Below are positions 1 to 10,392 of a DNA stretch of 24,000 bases, one piece after another. A model generated the notes under the pieces. It searched no databases. It was not told the DNA's origin and was given only the letters and a program-made list of their open reading frames with translations. This stretch comes from Pseudomonadota bacterium (GTDB lineage Bacteria > Pseudomonadota > Gammaproteobacteria > Xanthomonadales > Ahniellaceae), in assembly GCA_036723735.1 (NCBI GenBank), contig DAIMGT010000003.1:72243-96242 (forward strand), in the 5' to 3' direction. Both the position numbers and the translations under genes were made by a program. Every line of letters begins with the position of its first letter. Position 1 is the first letter of the stretch.

Positions 1-150
1 GACCGGTGGCAGGCAAAGGGCATGCCGGAAGTCCGCCACCGCGCGCGTCGGAACGCCGCCGTCCGGCGCGACGGCGCCGGTCGCGCCGGGCTGGCAGGCC
101 GTGCCTCGCTTGCGTAGGCTTGCCGGCCCACCGCCCCCACAGGCCGGTCC

Positions 151-387
151 ATGGCCCTGCACCTCTATCGACGCGAGTCCTGTTCGCTGTGCGACCTCGC
201 GGAGGCCGCCCTGCAAGGCGCCGGCGTGGCGGACTACGTCGCGGTGGAGATCGGCTGGACCGGCGAGCTCGCCGAGCGCTACGGCTGGCGGGTGCCCGTG
301 CTGCGCGAGCCGGCCAGCGGGCGCGAACTCGACTGGCCGTTCGATGCCTGGGGCGTGCGCGCGTTCCTGGCAGGTCCCCGGGGCTGA
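151..387 (+). CDS. Glutaredoxin-like small thioredoxin-fold protein (DUF836-type)
   Basis: 78-aa ATG ORF (atg gcc ctg cac). It has a CSLC (CxxC) redox motif at residues 11-14 after a short beta-strand (LHLYRRE), and a later WRVPVL segment resembling the cis-Pro loop of thioredoxin folds. Codon third positions are G/C-rich. Confidence 0.7.
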   Translation: MALHLYRRESCSLCDLAEAALQGAGVADYVAVEIGWTGELAERYGWRVPVLREPASGRELDWPFDAWGVRAFLAGPRG

Positions 388-520
388 GGCGGGGCGGGGG
401 AATCGCGGCGCGCGCGCCGCTGCCACCAGGCCGCGGCAAGGTCGCGGGACCGCGGCGGCGCGACGCCGCGGGCAAGGTGGGACCGCCGCGTGCGGCGCGA
501 TCCGCCTGCCCGGCGCCGGC

Positions 521-1075
521 CTATCTGCGCGCCAGCACCAGGTCCACGGTCACGTCGACGAACTGCGGGATCAGGTCGGTGTCGGCCCAATCGCCGCTGC
601 CGACCTCGAAGGCGATCCGGTCGACCTTCGCGGCGGCCTTGAGCGTGGCGCGGTCGCCGGCGGCCTCGAAGCGCAGGTTGAACGGCATCGCGACGGTGCG
701 GTCGCGGAGCGTCAGCGAGGCCTCGCAGTCGATCGCGCCCGGCGCCGCGCCCGCCTTGCAGGCGGTGGTGCGGAAGGTGGCCGACGGGAACTTGCCGGTC
801 CAGAAGAACTCCGGCGTGGCCAGGGTGCCGTCGCGCTCCTCGTTGTCGGTGGCCACGCTGGCGATGTCGATCGACACTTCGATCCGGGTCGCCTCCGGCT
901 TCGCGGGGTCGAGCGTGATCGCGGGCGTGAAGCGCTGGAAGCGGCCGCTGAAGGCCTCGCCGTCGTAGCTGCTGGAAAAGCCCAGCGTGCTTCCGGCCGC
1001 GACCAGGGACCACTCGGCGGCCGGGGCCGCGGCGGAAACGGACAGCAGCAGCGCGCAGGCGATGGGTCGGATCAT
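521..1075 (-). CDS. yceI: YceI family periplasmic (polyisoprenoid-binding-like) protein
   Basis: This is the C-terminal 184 aa of the 756-aa track ORF, starting at ATG 1075-1073. Signal peptide MIRPIACALLLSVSAAAPAA. The body (STLGFSSSYDGEAFSGRFQRF ... SIDIASVATDNEERDGTL ... FFWTGKFPSATF) matches the YceI lipocalin-like pattern. Its ATG overlaps the upstream gene's TGA as ATGA at 1072-1075. Confidence 0.85.
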   Translation of the reverse strand: MIRPIACALLLSVSAAAPAAEWSLVAAGSTLGFSSSYDGEAFSGRFQRFTPAITLDPAKPEATRIEVSIDIASVATDNEERDGTLATPEFFWTGKFPSATFRTTACKAGAAPGAIDCEASLTLRDRTVAMPFNLRFEAAGDRATLKAAAKVDRIAFEVGSGDWADTDLIPQFVDVTVDLVLARR

Positions 1076-1671
1076 GGGTCTTGCTCCTTCGTCGGTTCGG
1101 CGGCCGCGCGCGGCGCCGGGCGGGCGGACGCGAACGGCAGCATCGCGCGCAGCACGCCGTCGCGGTCCCCGAAGTGGTGCTTGAGCGCCGCGGCGACGTG
1201 CAGCGCGACGATGGCGGCCAGCGCGATCGCGGCGTACTCGTGCACCGCGCCGCTGATCGCCTTCAGGGTCTCGTCGCGCCCGGACAGCGCCGGCACGCGG
1301 AACAGCTCGAACCACTTCAGCGGGAAGTTGGACGCCGAGTTGTACAGCCAGCCCGACAGCGGCATCGCCAGCAGCAGCAGGTACATCAATCCGTGGCTTG
1401 CACGTGCGGCGCGCCGCTGCCACGCCGGCATCGCGGGTGCCGCCGGCCGGCGGCGGTCGACCAGGCGCAGCGCGATGCGCAGGCTCATCAGCGCCAGCAC
1501 GGTCAGGCCGATCGACTTGTGCAGCTTGTAGATGTCGATCTTCCGCGGCCCGTTGGGCAGGTCCTGCATCCACCAGCCGACCGCCAGCAGGCCGATCACG
1601 CCCCGCGCGATCGCCCAGTGCAGCACGCGCATCGGCGTACCCCAGACCCGTTCGTCGTTGCGCCACGCCAT
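1072..1671 (-). CDS. Cytochrome b561 family membrane protein (YceJ/CybB-like)
   Basis: 199 aa with four hydrophobic helices. Conserved heme-ligand histidines sit in the expected contexts (VLHWAIA, YKLHKSIG, AVHEYAA, LKHHF). It lies between two yceI genes, the classic yceJ-yceI arrangement. Confidence 0.85.
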   Translation of the reverse strand: MAWRNDERVWGTPMRVLHWAIARGVIGLLAVGWWMQDLPNGPRKIDIYKLHKSIGLTVLALMSLRIALRLVDRRRPAAPAMPAWQRRAARASHGLMYLLLLAMPLSGWLYNSASNFPLKWFELFRVPALSGRDETLKAISGAVHEYAAIALAAIVALHVAAALKHHFGDRDGVLRAMLPFASARPAPRAAAEPTKEQDP

Positions 1672-1677
1672 GCGCGC

Positions 1678-2256
1678 CTACTCCCGTATGGCCTCGATCT
1701 CGAGCACGATCTCGACGTCGTCGGCGATCGCCGCCGGCAGGCGCGAGATGCCGAACGCGCGGCGGCTGAGCGTGGTGCGCGCCGAGAACCCCGCGGTCTG
1801 CTTCAGGTTGAAGGTGTTGCGCCCGACGCGATTGCGCGTCACCTCCAGGACCACCGGCCGCGCGACCCCGCGCAGTTCGAGCAGGCCGTGCACGCGGGCG
1901 GTGGATTCGCTTGTCGGCTCGATGCGCTGGCTGGTGAACCGAGCCGCGGGGAAGCGCCCGGCGTCGAAGAAGTCGTCGGAGCGCATCTTCTTCTCCCATG
2001 CGGCATCGCCCAGCCACAGTGAGTCGACGTCGATCGTGGCCTCGACCCGGCCGGCGGTCCAGTCGTCCGGGTCGAAGTCGATGCTGCCCGTCACGCCGGT
2101 GAAGCGGCCCATCTGGCGCGAAAAGCCCAGATGGTCGGCGAAGAACAGCACCTGGCAATGCACCGGATCGAAGCGCCATCGCACCGGCGCGTCCTGGGCG
2201 CCGGCAGCGCGGGCGAGACCCAGGACAAGGGCGAGCAGGGCGATGGACCGGCGCAT
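1678..2256 (-). CDS. yceI: YceI family periplasmic protein (second copy)
   Basis: The track ORF 1678..2310 begins at a TTG. The internal ATG at 2256 gives a canonical signal peptide, [22 protein letters not shown]. The body ([25 protein letters not shown] ... [10 protein letters not shown] ... [13 protein letters not shown]) is YceI-like. The start could instead be 2310. Confidence 0.82.
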   Translation of the reverse strand: MRRSIALLALVLGLARAAGAQDAPVRWRFDPVHCQVLFFADHLGFSRQMGRFTGVTGSIDFDPDDWTAGRVEATIDVDSLWLGDAAWEKKMRSDDFFDAGRFPAARFTSQRIEPTSESTARVHGLLELRGVARPVVLEVTRNRVGRNTFNLKQTAGFSARTTLSRRAFGISRLPAAIADDVEIVLEIEAIRE

Positions 2257-2376
2257 GGAAGCCAGTGTGCCCGCAAAGACGTGCAGATGGCGCGTGCGCC
2301 GTGGCGCCAAGCACCTGCGCGGCCGACGGACCGGCTATTCTTCGCGGCGGCGCACGCGGGGCGGGTGGGACGACAG

Positions 2377-5300
2377 ATGCACAGGGCAAGGCGCTGGATG
2401 CTGCTGCTCGGTGGCCTGCTGGCGATCGACGCCGGCGCCCTGCCGCCGACGCCCCTGTTCGAGACGCTGGGCGTGGAACAGGGTCTGCCCAGCACTTCGA
2501 TCTACGAGGTCGTGGAAGACCGCAACGGGTTCCTCTGGGTCGCCACGGCCAATGGCCTGGCCCGCTACGACGGCGTGGCGTTCCGGGTCTGGCAGCGCGA
2601 TCCCGGCCGCCCCGGGTCGCTGCCGGCCAACGACGTGCAGACGGTGTTCGTGGACCGCGAGGACCGGATCTGGGCCGGGACTGTGGACGGCGGGCTGTCG
2701 ATGCTGGATGCGCGTGACGGCCCGGTGCGCACCTGGCGCGGCGGCATGGGCGGCGACGGGTTGACGGGCACCGACGTGTGGGCGATCGCACAGGCCCCGG
2801 ACGGAACCATCTGGGTCGGCACCTATGGGGGCGGGCTGAACCGGCTCGACCCTGCGCGGGGCGTGATCGGGTCGGTGCGCCACCGACCGGGCGATGCAGG
2901 CTCGATCGCCGCCGACGCGGTGACCGACCTGCAGGTGGACGCGCGTGGCCGTTTGTGGGTCGGCACCTTCAGCGGGCTGAGTGTGCTCGACCTGGCTGCT
3001 GCCCCCGCGGGCGACGGTCCGGCGACGCAGTACTTCGATGGCCGGATGGTGATCTCGCTGCGCGCGGGTGCGGAGGGCGCGATGTGGGTCGGTTTCGGCA
3101 ACGGGGCGGTACGCATCGCCGCCGACGGCACCGTGGAGCCGGTCGCCCTGCCCGAGTCGCTGCCGATCGAAGCGGTGATCGAGGACGGCACGGATCGCCG
3201 TTGGTACGCCGGGCGCCGCGGTCTCGTGCTGGAGCACCCGCCCGGCAGATTCGCCGTGTTTCGCCGCGAGGCCGGTCGCCCCTACGTCCTGCCGTCGAAC
3301 ATCCTTCTCGCCGGGCTGCGAGACCGCGAGGGCGGCCTGTGGTTTCCCGCGCGGGAGGGCGGCCTGGTCCATGTCAAACCCCAGTGGGACAACTTCAGCC
3401 TGCTGCGCCCCGACGCGCGCGGTGCCGGCGTGGTCGACGACGCGCGCGTGCGCACGGTGGCGCGATGCGCCGATGGCGACGTGCTGTCCGACGGCCCGCA
3501 AGCCAGCCTGCTGCGTTTCGACCCGCGTTCGGGCGCCGACGTGCGCATCGACCCGCCGTGGCCGGATCGCGCCGAGTCGCGCGTCCTGACGGGGGTGCTG
3601 TGCGCGAGCGATGGCAGGTACTGGCTGGCGTATCGTCGTGGTCTTGCGCGCTTCGACCCGCGCAGCGGGACGATGGAAACGTTCCGCGGCGGGGCGCCCG
3701 ATGGCATCGCTTCCGGCGTCGTCGGCCTGCTGGTGGAGGACGCCGACGGCGCGGTCTGGGTCTCGGTGCTTGGGATCGCCCTCTACCGCTTCGGTCCCGG
3801 CAGTGCCGCGCCGCAGCGCTTCGACGCCTGGCGCGAGGACCAGCAGGGCCGCGAGATCGAACAGCTCGGCCCGGGTCCCGATGGCGCGCTGTGGGCCACA
3901 GGCACCCTGGGCGTGGCGCGCTTCGATCGCGCGGCGTTGCGCTGGACAGCACTGTCCGGCGCGCCGGCGGGCCGCATCGAGTCGTTCGCCTTCGATGCCG
4001 ACGCGGGCCTGTGGCTGCACGCCGCAGACGGCCTGCTGCGATTCGCCGTCGAAGGCGACACGCTGCGCGAGACCGCGCGCATCGGCCACGCCGATGGCCT
4101 GCCGGCACTGCGCGGCGCGGGACTGTCCGTGGACGCCGCCGGAAGGCTGTGGCTGATCGCTCCGTCCGGTATCTGGCGCGTCGATCCGGCGCCCCGCGCG
4201 GTGCGCCGCTTCGGCCGTGCCGACGGCCTGATGGCGCCCGAGTTCGGCGAACACCCGCCGGTGCGCGCGCCTGACGGATCGATGTTCATCGCCAGTTCGC
4301 TCGGCGTGGTGGCCTTCGATCCGCAGCGCGTCCGCGACAACGAGATCGCGCCGCGCGTCGTGGTCGCGGGCGCCTCGGTCCTGCGCGACGGCACGCGCGT
4401 GGCGCTCGATCCGGCCCAGCCGATCGCGCTGGGCCACCTCGACCGCGACCTGCGGGTCAGCGTGCGCGCGCTGTCGCTGGCCGACCCGTCAGCCAACCGC
4501 TACCGCTTCCTGCTGCAGGGGTTCGACACCGACTGGGTGGACCTCGGCAATGTCGGGGAGCGTGCGTTCTCGCAACTGCCTCGCGGGCGCTACCGGTTGC
4601 GGATGCAGGCCGCCAATCCCAGCGGCGTATGGGCGGCGGCACCGATGGAACTGGCGATCGACGTGCGACCGGCGCCGTGGTTCACCAGCTGGGCCTTCAT
4701 GCTCTACGCGCTGGTGCTGGCGCTGGTCGGCTGGCTGGCGTCGCGGGCCTGGCGCGCGCGCGCCGACCGCGCGCATGCGCTGGCGCTGGCCGAGGAGCGC
4801 CGGCTCGCCGCCGAGCGCCAGAACCAGGCCAAGACCGAGTTCCTCGCCGACGTCGGGCACGAGATCCGCACGCCGATGACCGGCCTGCTGGGCATGACGG
4901 AACTGCTGCTGCGCTCGAGCCTCGACTCGCGCCAGCGCGAGCAGGCGCTCACCGTACGGCGCTCCGGCGAGCACCTGATGAAACTGGTCGACGATCTGCT
5001 TGACCTCTCGCGCATCGAGGCTGGCCGGCTGGAACTGGAGCCGGTGCCGACCGACCTGTGGGCGCTGGTCGACGATGCGGTGGCGCTGCAGGCGCCGCTG
5101 GCGGCCGAACGTGGTCTGGCCCTCGATGCGCGCATCGATCCGGTGGCGCCGCGTCACGTCCGGGTCGATGCGACGCGGTTGCGAGAGGTGCTGCTCAACC
5201 TGCTCAGCAATGCACTCAAGTTCACCGCGCGCGGCCGCATCGACGTCGGGCTGGCGCCGGATCCGGAGGTCGGGGGCGGGTTGCTGCTGTCGGTATGCGA

Positions 5301-5954
5301 CACCGGCCCGGGCATGGACGCCGACGCGGTGGCGAGGCTGTTCGGCCGCTGGGAGCAGGGCCGCGGGCCACGCCGCCGCGGCAGCAGCGGGCTGGGACTG
5401 TCGATCAGCCGCCGGCTGGTCGAACTGATGGGCGGGCGGATTGCGGTCGACACCGCGCCCGGCGCCGGCGCCACCTTCCGTGTCCATCTCGTCCTGCCGG
5501 CCTGCGACCCGCCGGCCGCGCCGTCGCCGCGCGGCGAGCCGGTGGCGGCGGCCAGCGGCGGGTTGTCGCTGCTGCTGGTGGAGGACGACGCCGTGGTGCG
5601 CGAGGCGCTGGTCGGGCTGCTGGGCGCCGCCGGGCACCGCGTGGAGGCGGGCGCGAACGGGCTGGATGCGCTGCGCCTGCTGGGCGAGCATCGCTTCGAC
5701 GCCGCGCTGTTCGACCTCGACCTGCCGGGCGTGGACGGGCTGCGCCTTGCCCGCATGGTGCGCAAGCGCCCCGGCGCGGAGGCCGCGCTCCCGCTGCTGG
5801 CGATCACCGCCAACGCCGCACCGGGGATCGAACTGCAGTGCCGCGAGGCGGGCTTCGACGCCTTCGTGCGCAAGCCGGCCAGCCTGCAGGTGCTTGGCGC
5901 CGCCCTGCTCATGGCGGTCGCGCATCGACGCGTGACGACCGTCGGGGACGGTGC

Positions 5955-5958
<4 letters not shown>
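2377..5958 (+). CDS. Hybrid sensor histidine kinase with periplasmic beta-propeller / Y_Y_Y sensor and C-terminal receiver domain
   Basis: 1193 aa from ATG 2377 (alternative ATG 2398). N-terminal signal/TM segment [17 protein letters not shown]. Many ~40-aa blades ending WVAT/WAGT/WVGT (two-component-regulator propeller type). Y_Y_Y-like segment [18 protein letters not shown]...[12 protein letters not shown] helix [18 protein letters not shown]-box [16 protein letters not shown]-box [13 protein letters not shown]-boxes DTGPGMD and GSSGLGLSI. Receiver: [12 protein letters not shown] ... [11 protein letters not shown] ... LLAITAN ... VRKP. Confidence 0.9.
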
Positions 5959-7877
<1,919 letters not shown>

Positions 7878-8091
7878 GGGGCTGTGAGTAACGCGATCGA
7901 TTCGCGCGCGCGGCATCCCTGCCGTGCACCAGCCGGATGTTTCTCAACACCCTGCTAGGGATCCTCGCAATACTCTGCGGGCACCGGCTGCCGGGCCCGT
8001 GCCCGCAACCGGCCATATCGGCGGCCGCTGCGCGCCACGGCGGTGCCCGCATCGGGCCCGACGCTGGTCGCTCCGCCATCCGGAGCCACCC

Positions 8092-9417
8092 ATGACCGCC
8101 TTCGTCCAGTCCACCACCCTGAAGCTGCTGGGCATCGCCCTGCTGTGCCTGCTGTTCACCATCCCACTGGCCCTGGTCGGCGACCTGGTGCGCGAACGCG
8201 CGTCGCGGCTGGCCGAGGCCGAGGACGGCATCGCGCGCAGCCAGGGCCGCGCGCAAGTGCTGGTCCCGCCGCTGCTGGAATGGCGCCAGCGCCGCACCTT
8301 GCAGCGCGAAAAGGAAGCGGTCGAGGTGATCGACCTCCTTGGACTGGCGCCGGCGCGGACCGCCATCGATGCCGAGCTCGGCGTGGAACGGCGCGCGCGC
8401 GGAATCTTCGGCGTCCCGGTGTACACCGCCGACCTGGTGCTGCGCGGCGAGTTCGAGATGCCGGCTGAGGATCGGGCGCGCGCAGCGGCGCCCGGCGGCG
8501 TCGAGCGACCGCGGCTGGTCCTGCCGGTCGCCGATCTGCGCGGCGTGCGCAGCGTACCGCGCGTGCGCATCGACGGTCGCGCCTTCCCCCTGCGCAGCCT
8601 CGGCGCCCCTGCGCTGGGCATCGAGGCGCTGGGAGTCGATCTGCCGCCGGAACTGCTGGCCCGAGAGCGGGTCGCTTTCGAACTCGAATTCTCGCTGTCG
8701 GGAACGCGCGAACTGGTCGTCTGGCCGCTGGCCGACGTGACCGAGGTGGCGGTGCGCGGCGCCTGGGCGTCGCCCAGCTTCGCCGGCGCCTTCCTGCCGC
8801 GCCGGCGCGAGGTCGGGCCGGAGGGATTCTCCGCCGACGGGACGGTGCTGGCGGTCAACCGCGACCTGCCGCAGCGTTGGGTCGGCGACGGGCCGCTGGC
8901 CGGGGCCCTGGAGTCGGCGCGCTTCGGCGTCGAACTGTACGAGTCGCTCGGGGTCTACCGGCTCAACGAGCGCAGCCTGAAGTACGGACTGCTGTTCGTG
9001 GCGCTCACCTTCGGCGTGTTCCTGCTGGCTGAACTCACCGGCCGGCTGCGCGTACATCCGGTCCAGTACCTGCTGGTGGGTCTTGCGCTGGCGGTGTTCT
9101 ACGTGCTGCTGCTGGCGTTGTCCGAGCACCTCGGCTTCGCGCCGGCTTACGCGCTGGCGGCGCTGGCACTGACCGTGATCCTCGGCGCATGGGGCAGCGC
9201 GGCGCTCGGTTCGCGCCGGCGCGGGGTGGCGCTCGGGGCCTGGTTCGCGGCGCTGTACGGGTTCCTGTTCCTGATGGTGCGCAGCGAGGACTACGCCCTG
9301 CTGATCGGCGCGCTCGGCCTGCTGGCGATGGTCGCCGCGAGCCTGTGGTTGACCCGCCGCATCGACTGGTACCTGCCGCGCAACGCGCCGCCGCCGCCGA
9401 CATCGGCATCGGCGTGA
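8092..9417 (+). CDS. creD: Cell envelope integrity inner-membrane protein CreD
   Basis: 441 aa from ATG 8092, with GGAG 6 nt upstream. It has an N-terminal TM helix (LKLLGIALLCLLFTIPLALV), a ~300-aa periplasmic region, and a C-terminal block of about five hydrophobic helices starting LKYGLLFVALTFGVFLLAE. This is the CreD family layout. Confidence 0.82.
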   Translation: MTAFVQSTTLKLLGIALLCLLFTIPLALVGDLVRERASRLAEAEDGIARSQGRAQVLVPPLLEWRQRRTLQREKEAVEVIDLLGLAPARTAIDAELGVERRARGIFGVPVYTADLVLRGEFEMPAEDRARAAAPGGVERPRLVLPVADLRGVRSVPRVRIDGRAFPLRSLGAPALGIEALGVDLPPELLARERVAFELEFSLSGTRELVVWPLADVTEVAVRGAWASPSFAGAFLPRRREVGPEGFSADGTVLAVNRDLPQRWVGDGPLAGALESARFGVELYESLGVYRLNERSLKYGLLFVALTFGVFLLAELTGRLRVHPVQYLLVGLALAVFYVLLLALSEHLGFAPAYALAALALTVILGAWGSAALGSRRRGVALGAWFAALYGFLFLMVRSEDYALLIGALGLLAMVAASLWLTRRIDWYLPRNAPPPPTSASA

Positions 9418-9443
9418 ACGGCGCGGAATGCGACAATCGTCCG

Positions 9444-10139
9444 ATGCGCCTGCTCGCGATCGAGACCGCCACCGAAGCCTGCTCCGTCGCCCTTTGGGTG
9501 GACGGGGATGTGCGCGAGCGTTTCGATCTCGCGCCGCGGCGGCACGCCACCGTGGTGCTGCCGATGGCCGGCGCCCTGCTGGCCGAAGCGGGGAGCAGCC
9601 GGCGCCAGCTGGATGCGATCGCGGTCGGCCGCGGACCTGGTGCGTTCACCGGCGTCAGGCTCGGGGTCGCGATCGCGCAGGGCATCGCGCTGGCGCTGGA
9701 CCGACCGGTGCTGCCGGTATCCACGCTGGCCGTCCTCGCGCAGGGCGCGGCGGCGGTCGGTCTGCCGGTGCTGGCGTTGATCGACGCGCGGATGGGCGAG
9801 GTCTACGCCGGCGCCTTCGACCTCGGTGCGGACGGACTGGTGCTGCCGCGTGGCGCCGAGACGGTGCTTCCGCCGCAGCAGGTGATGGCGCCCGCAGACC
9901 GCTTTGCCGGGGTGGGCACCGGCTTCGGCGCGTACGATGACGCGCTGCGCACGCGCTTCGGCGACGCGCTGGTGCCGGTCGGGCCGCAGACCCTGCCGCG
10001 TGCCGCCGACCTCGCGCGCCTGGCCGCGCGCGATTTCGCGGCCGGCCACGCCGTCGACCCGCTGCACGCGCAGCCGGTCTACCTGCGCGACAAGGTGGCG
10101 CTCACGCTGGCCGAACAGGGCAAGCCGTCGCCGGCCTGA
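9444..10139 (+). CDS. tsaB: tRNA threonylcarbamoyladenosine (t6A) biosynthesis protein TsaB (YeaZ)
   Basis: 231 aa from ATG 9444. N-terminus MRLLAIETATEACSVAL. GPGAFTGVRLGV motif of the ASKHA/glycoprotease fold. Size and order are typical of TsaB. Confidence 0.88.
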   Translation: MRLLAIETATEACSVALWVDGDVRERFDLAPRRHATVVLPMAGALLAEAGSSRRQLDAIAVGRGPGAFTGVRLGVAIAQGIALALDRPVLPVSTLAVLAQGAAAVGLPVLALIDARMGEVYAGAFDLGADGLVLPRGAETVLPPQQVMAPADRFAGVGTGFGAYDDALRTRFGDALVPVGPQTLPRAADLARLAARDFAAGHAVDPLHAQPVYLRDKVALTLAEQGKPSPA

Positions 10140-10191
10140 GCGCGACCAGCCGACCGGCGCCGGTCAGCAATGCGCTCGACCCCCAAGCCGG

Positions 10192-10309
10192 ATGTCGGAG
10201 CGGGCAACACTCGCGCGTCGAATGTGGGAGCGAGCAACGCTCGCGACCGCAGCAGCCGGACGCGCGGCGGGGATGGCGGTGACGGTCGCGAGCGTTGCTC
10301 GCTCCCACA
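10192..10309. repeat. REP / REPIN-like cluster: three copies of a ~27-bp GTGGGAGCG-type palindromic unit
   Basis: tgtgggagcgagcaacgctcgcgaccg (10223-10249) is the perfect reverse complement of cggtcgcgagcgttgctcgctcccaca (10283-10309), with a 33-bp spacer. A degenerate direct copy, atgtcggagcgggcaacactcgcg, starts at 10192. Each unit holds its own hairpin, gcgagc-aac-gctcgc. The cluster sits in the convergent intergenic gap between tsaB and the glucan synthase. Confidence 0.75.
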
Positions 10310-10392
10310 GGCCTCACGCCACAGGCTTCGGGTCTAGGGCCCCAGACCTCGGGCCTCGGGCCTCAGGTCATGGACCACCGGCCAGGTCACGC

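Noticed and set aside
1-150. Possible start of a minus-strand gene running off the left edge (cat at 21-23), and the 320-aa and 476-aa plus-strand ORFs beginning at 6 and 101
   Set aside because: Seven codons are not evidence for the minus-strand gene. The long plus-strand ORFs are Arg-rich shadows that overlap the glutaredoxin-like and yceI genes.
431-490. Imperfect ~25-nt direct repeat (ccgcggcaaggtcgcgggaccgcgg / ccgcgggcaaggtgggaccgccgcg) between convergent genes
   Set aside because: It is short, degenerate and built from CCGCGG-type GC palindromes that are common in such DNA. It is probably just terminator-like secondary structure and not enough to call a repeat family.
1076-2791. N-terminal ~570 aa of the 756-aa minus-strand ORF 521..2791
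   Set aside because: Only the last 184 aa (YceI, from ATG 1075) look like protein. The upstream part is Arg/Pro/Ala junk. It overlaps the cytochrome b561 and second yceI genes in other frames, as well as the sensor kinase on the other strand.
7878-8091. Looked for a CreB-type cre-tag (TTCAC-N6-TTCAC) upstream of creD
   Set aside because: Only a loose resemblance is present (ttctcaacaccctgct) and there is no proper direct repeat of TTCAC. No creBC genes are in the window.
10328-10375. ggtctagggccccagacc hairpin and the cctcggg/cctcggg/cctcagg mini-tandem next to the glucan synthase stop
   Set aside because: It is too short for a CRISPR array or satellite and has no spacer structure. The hairpin lacks a U-tract, so I do not call a terminator. 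It may be part of the REP-containing intergenic structure.
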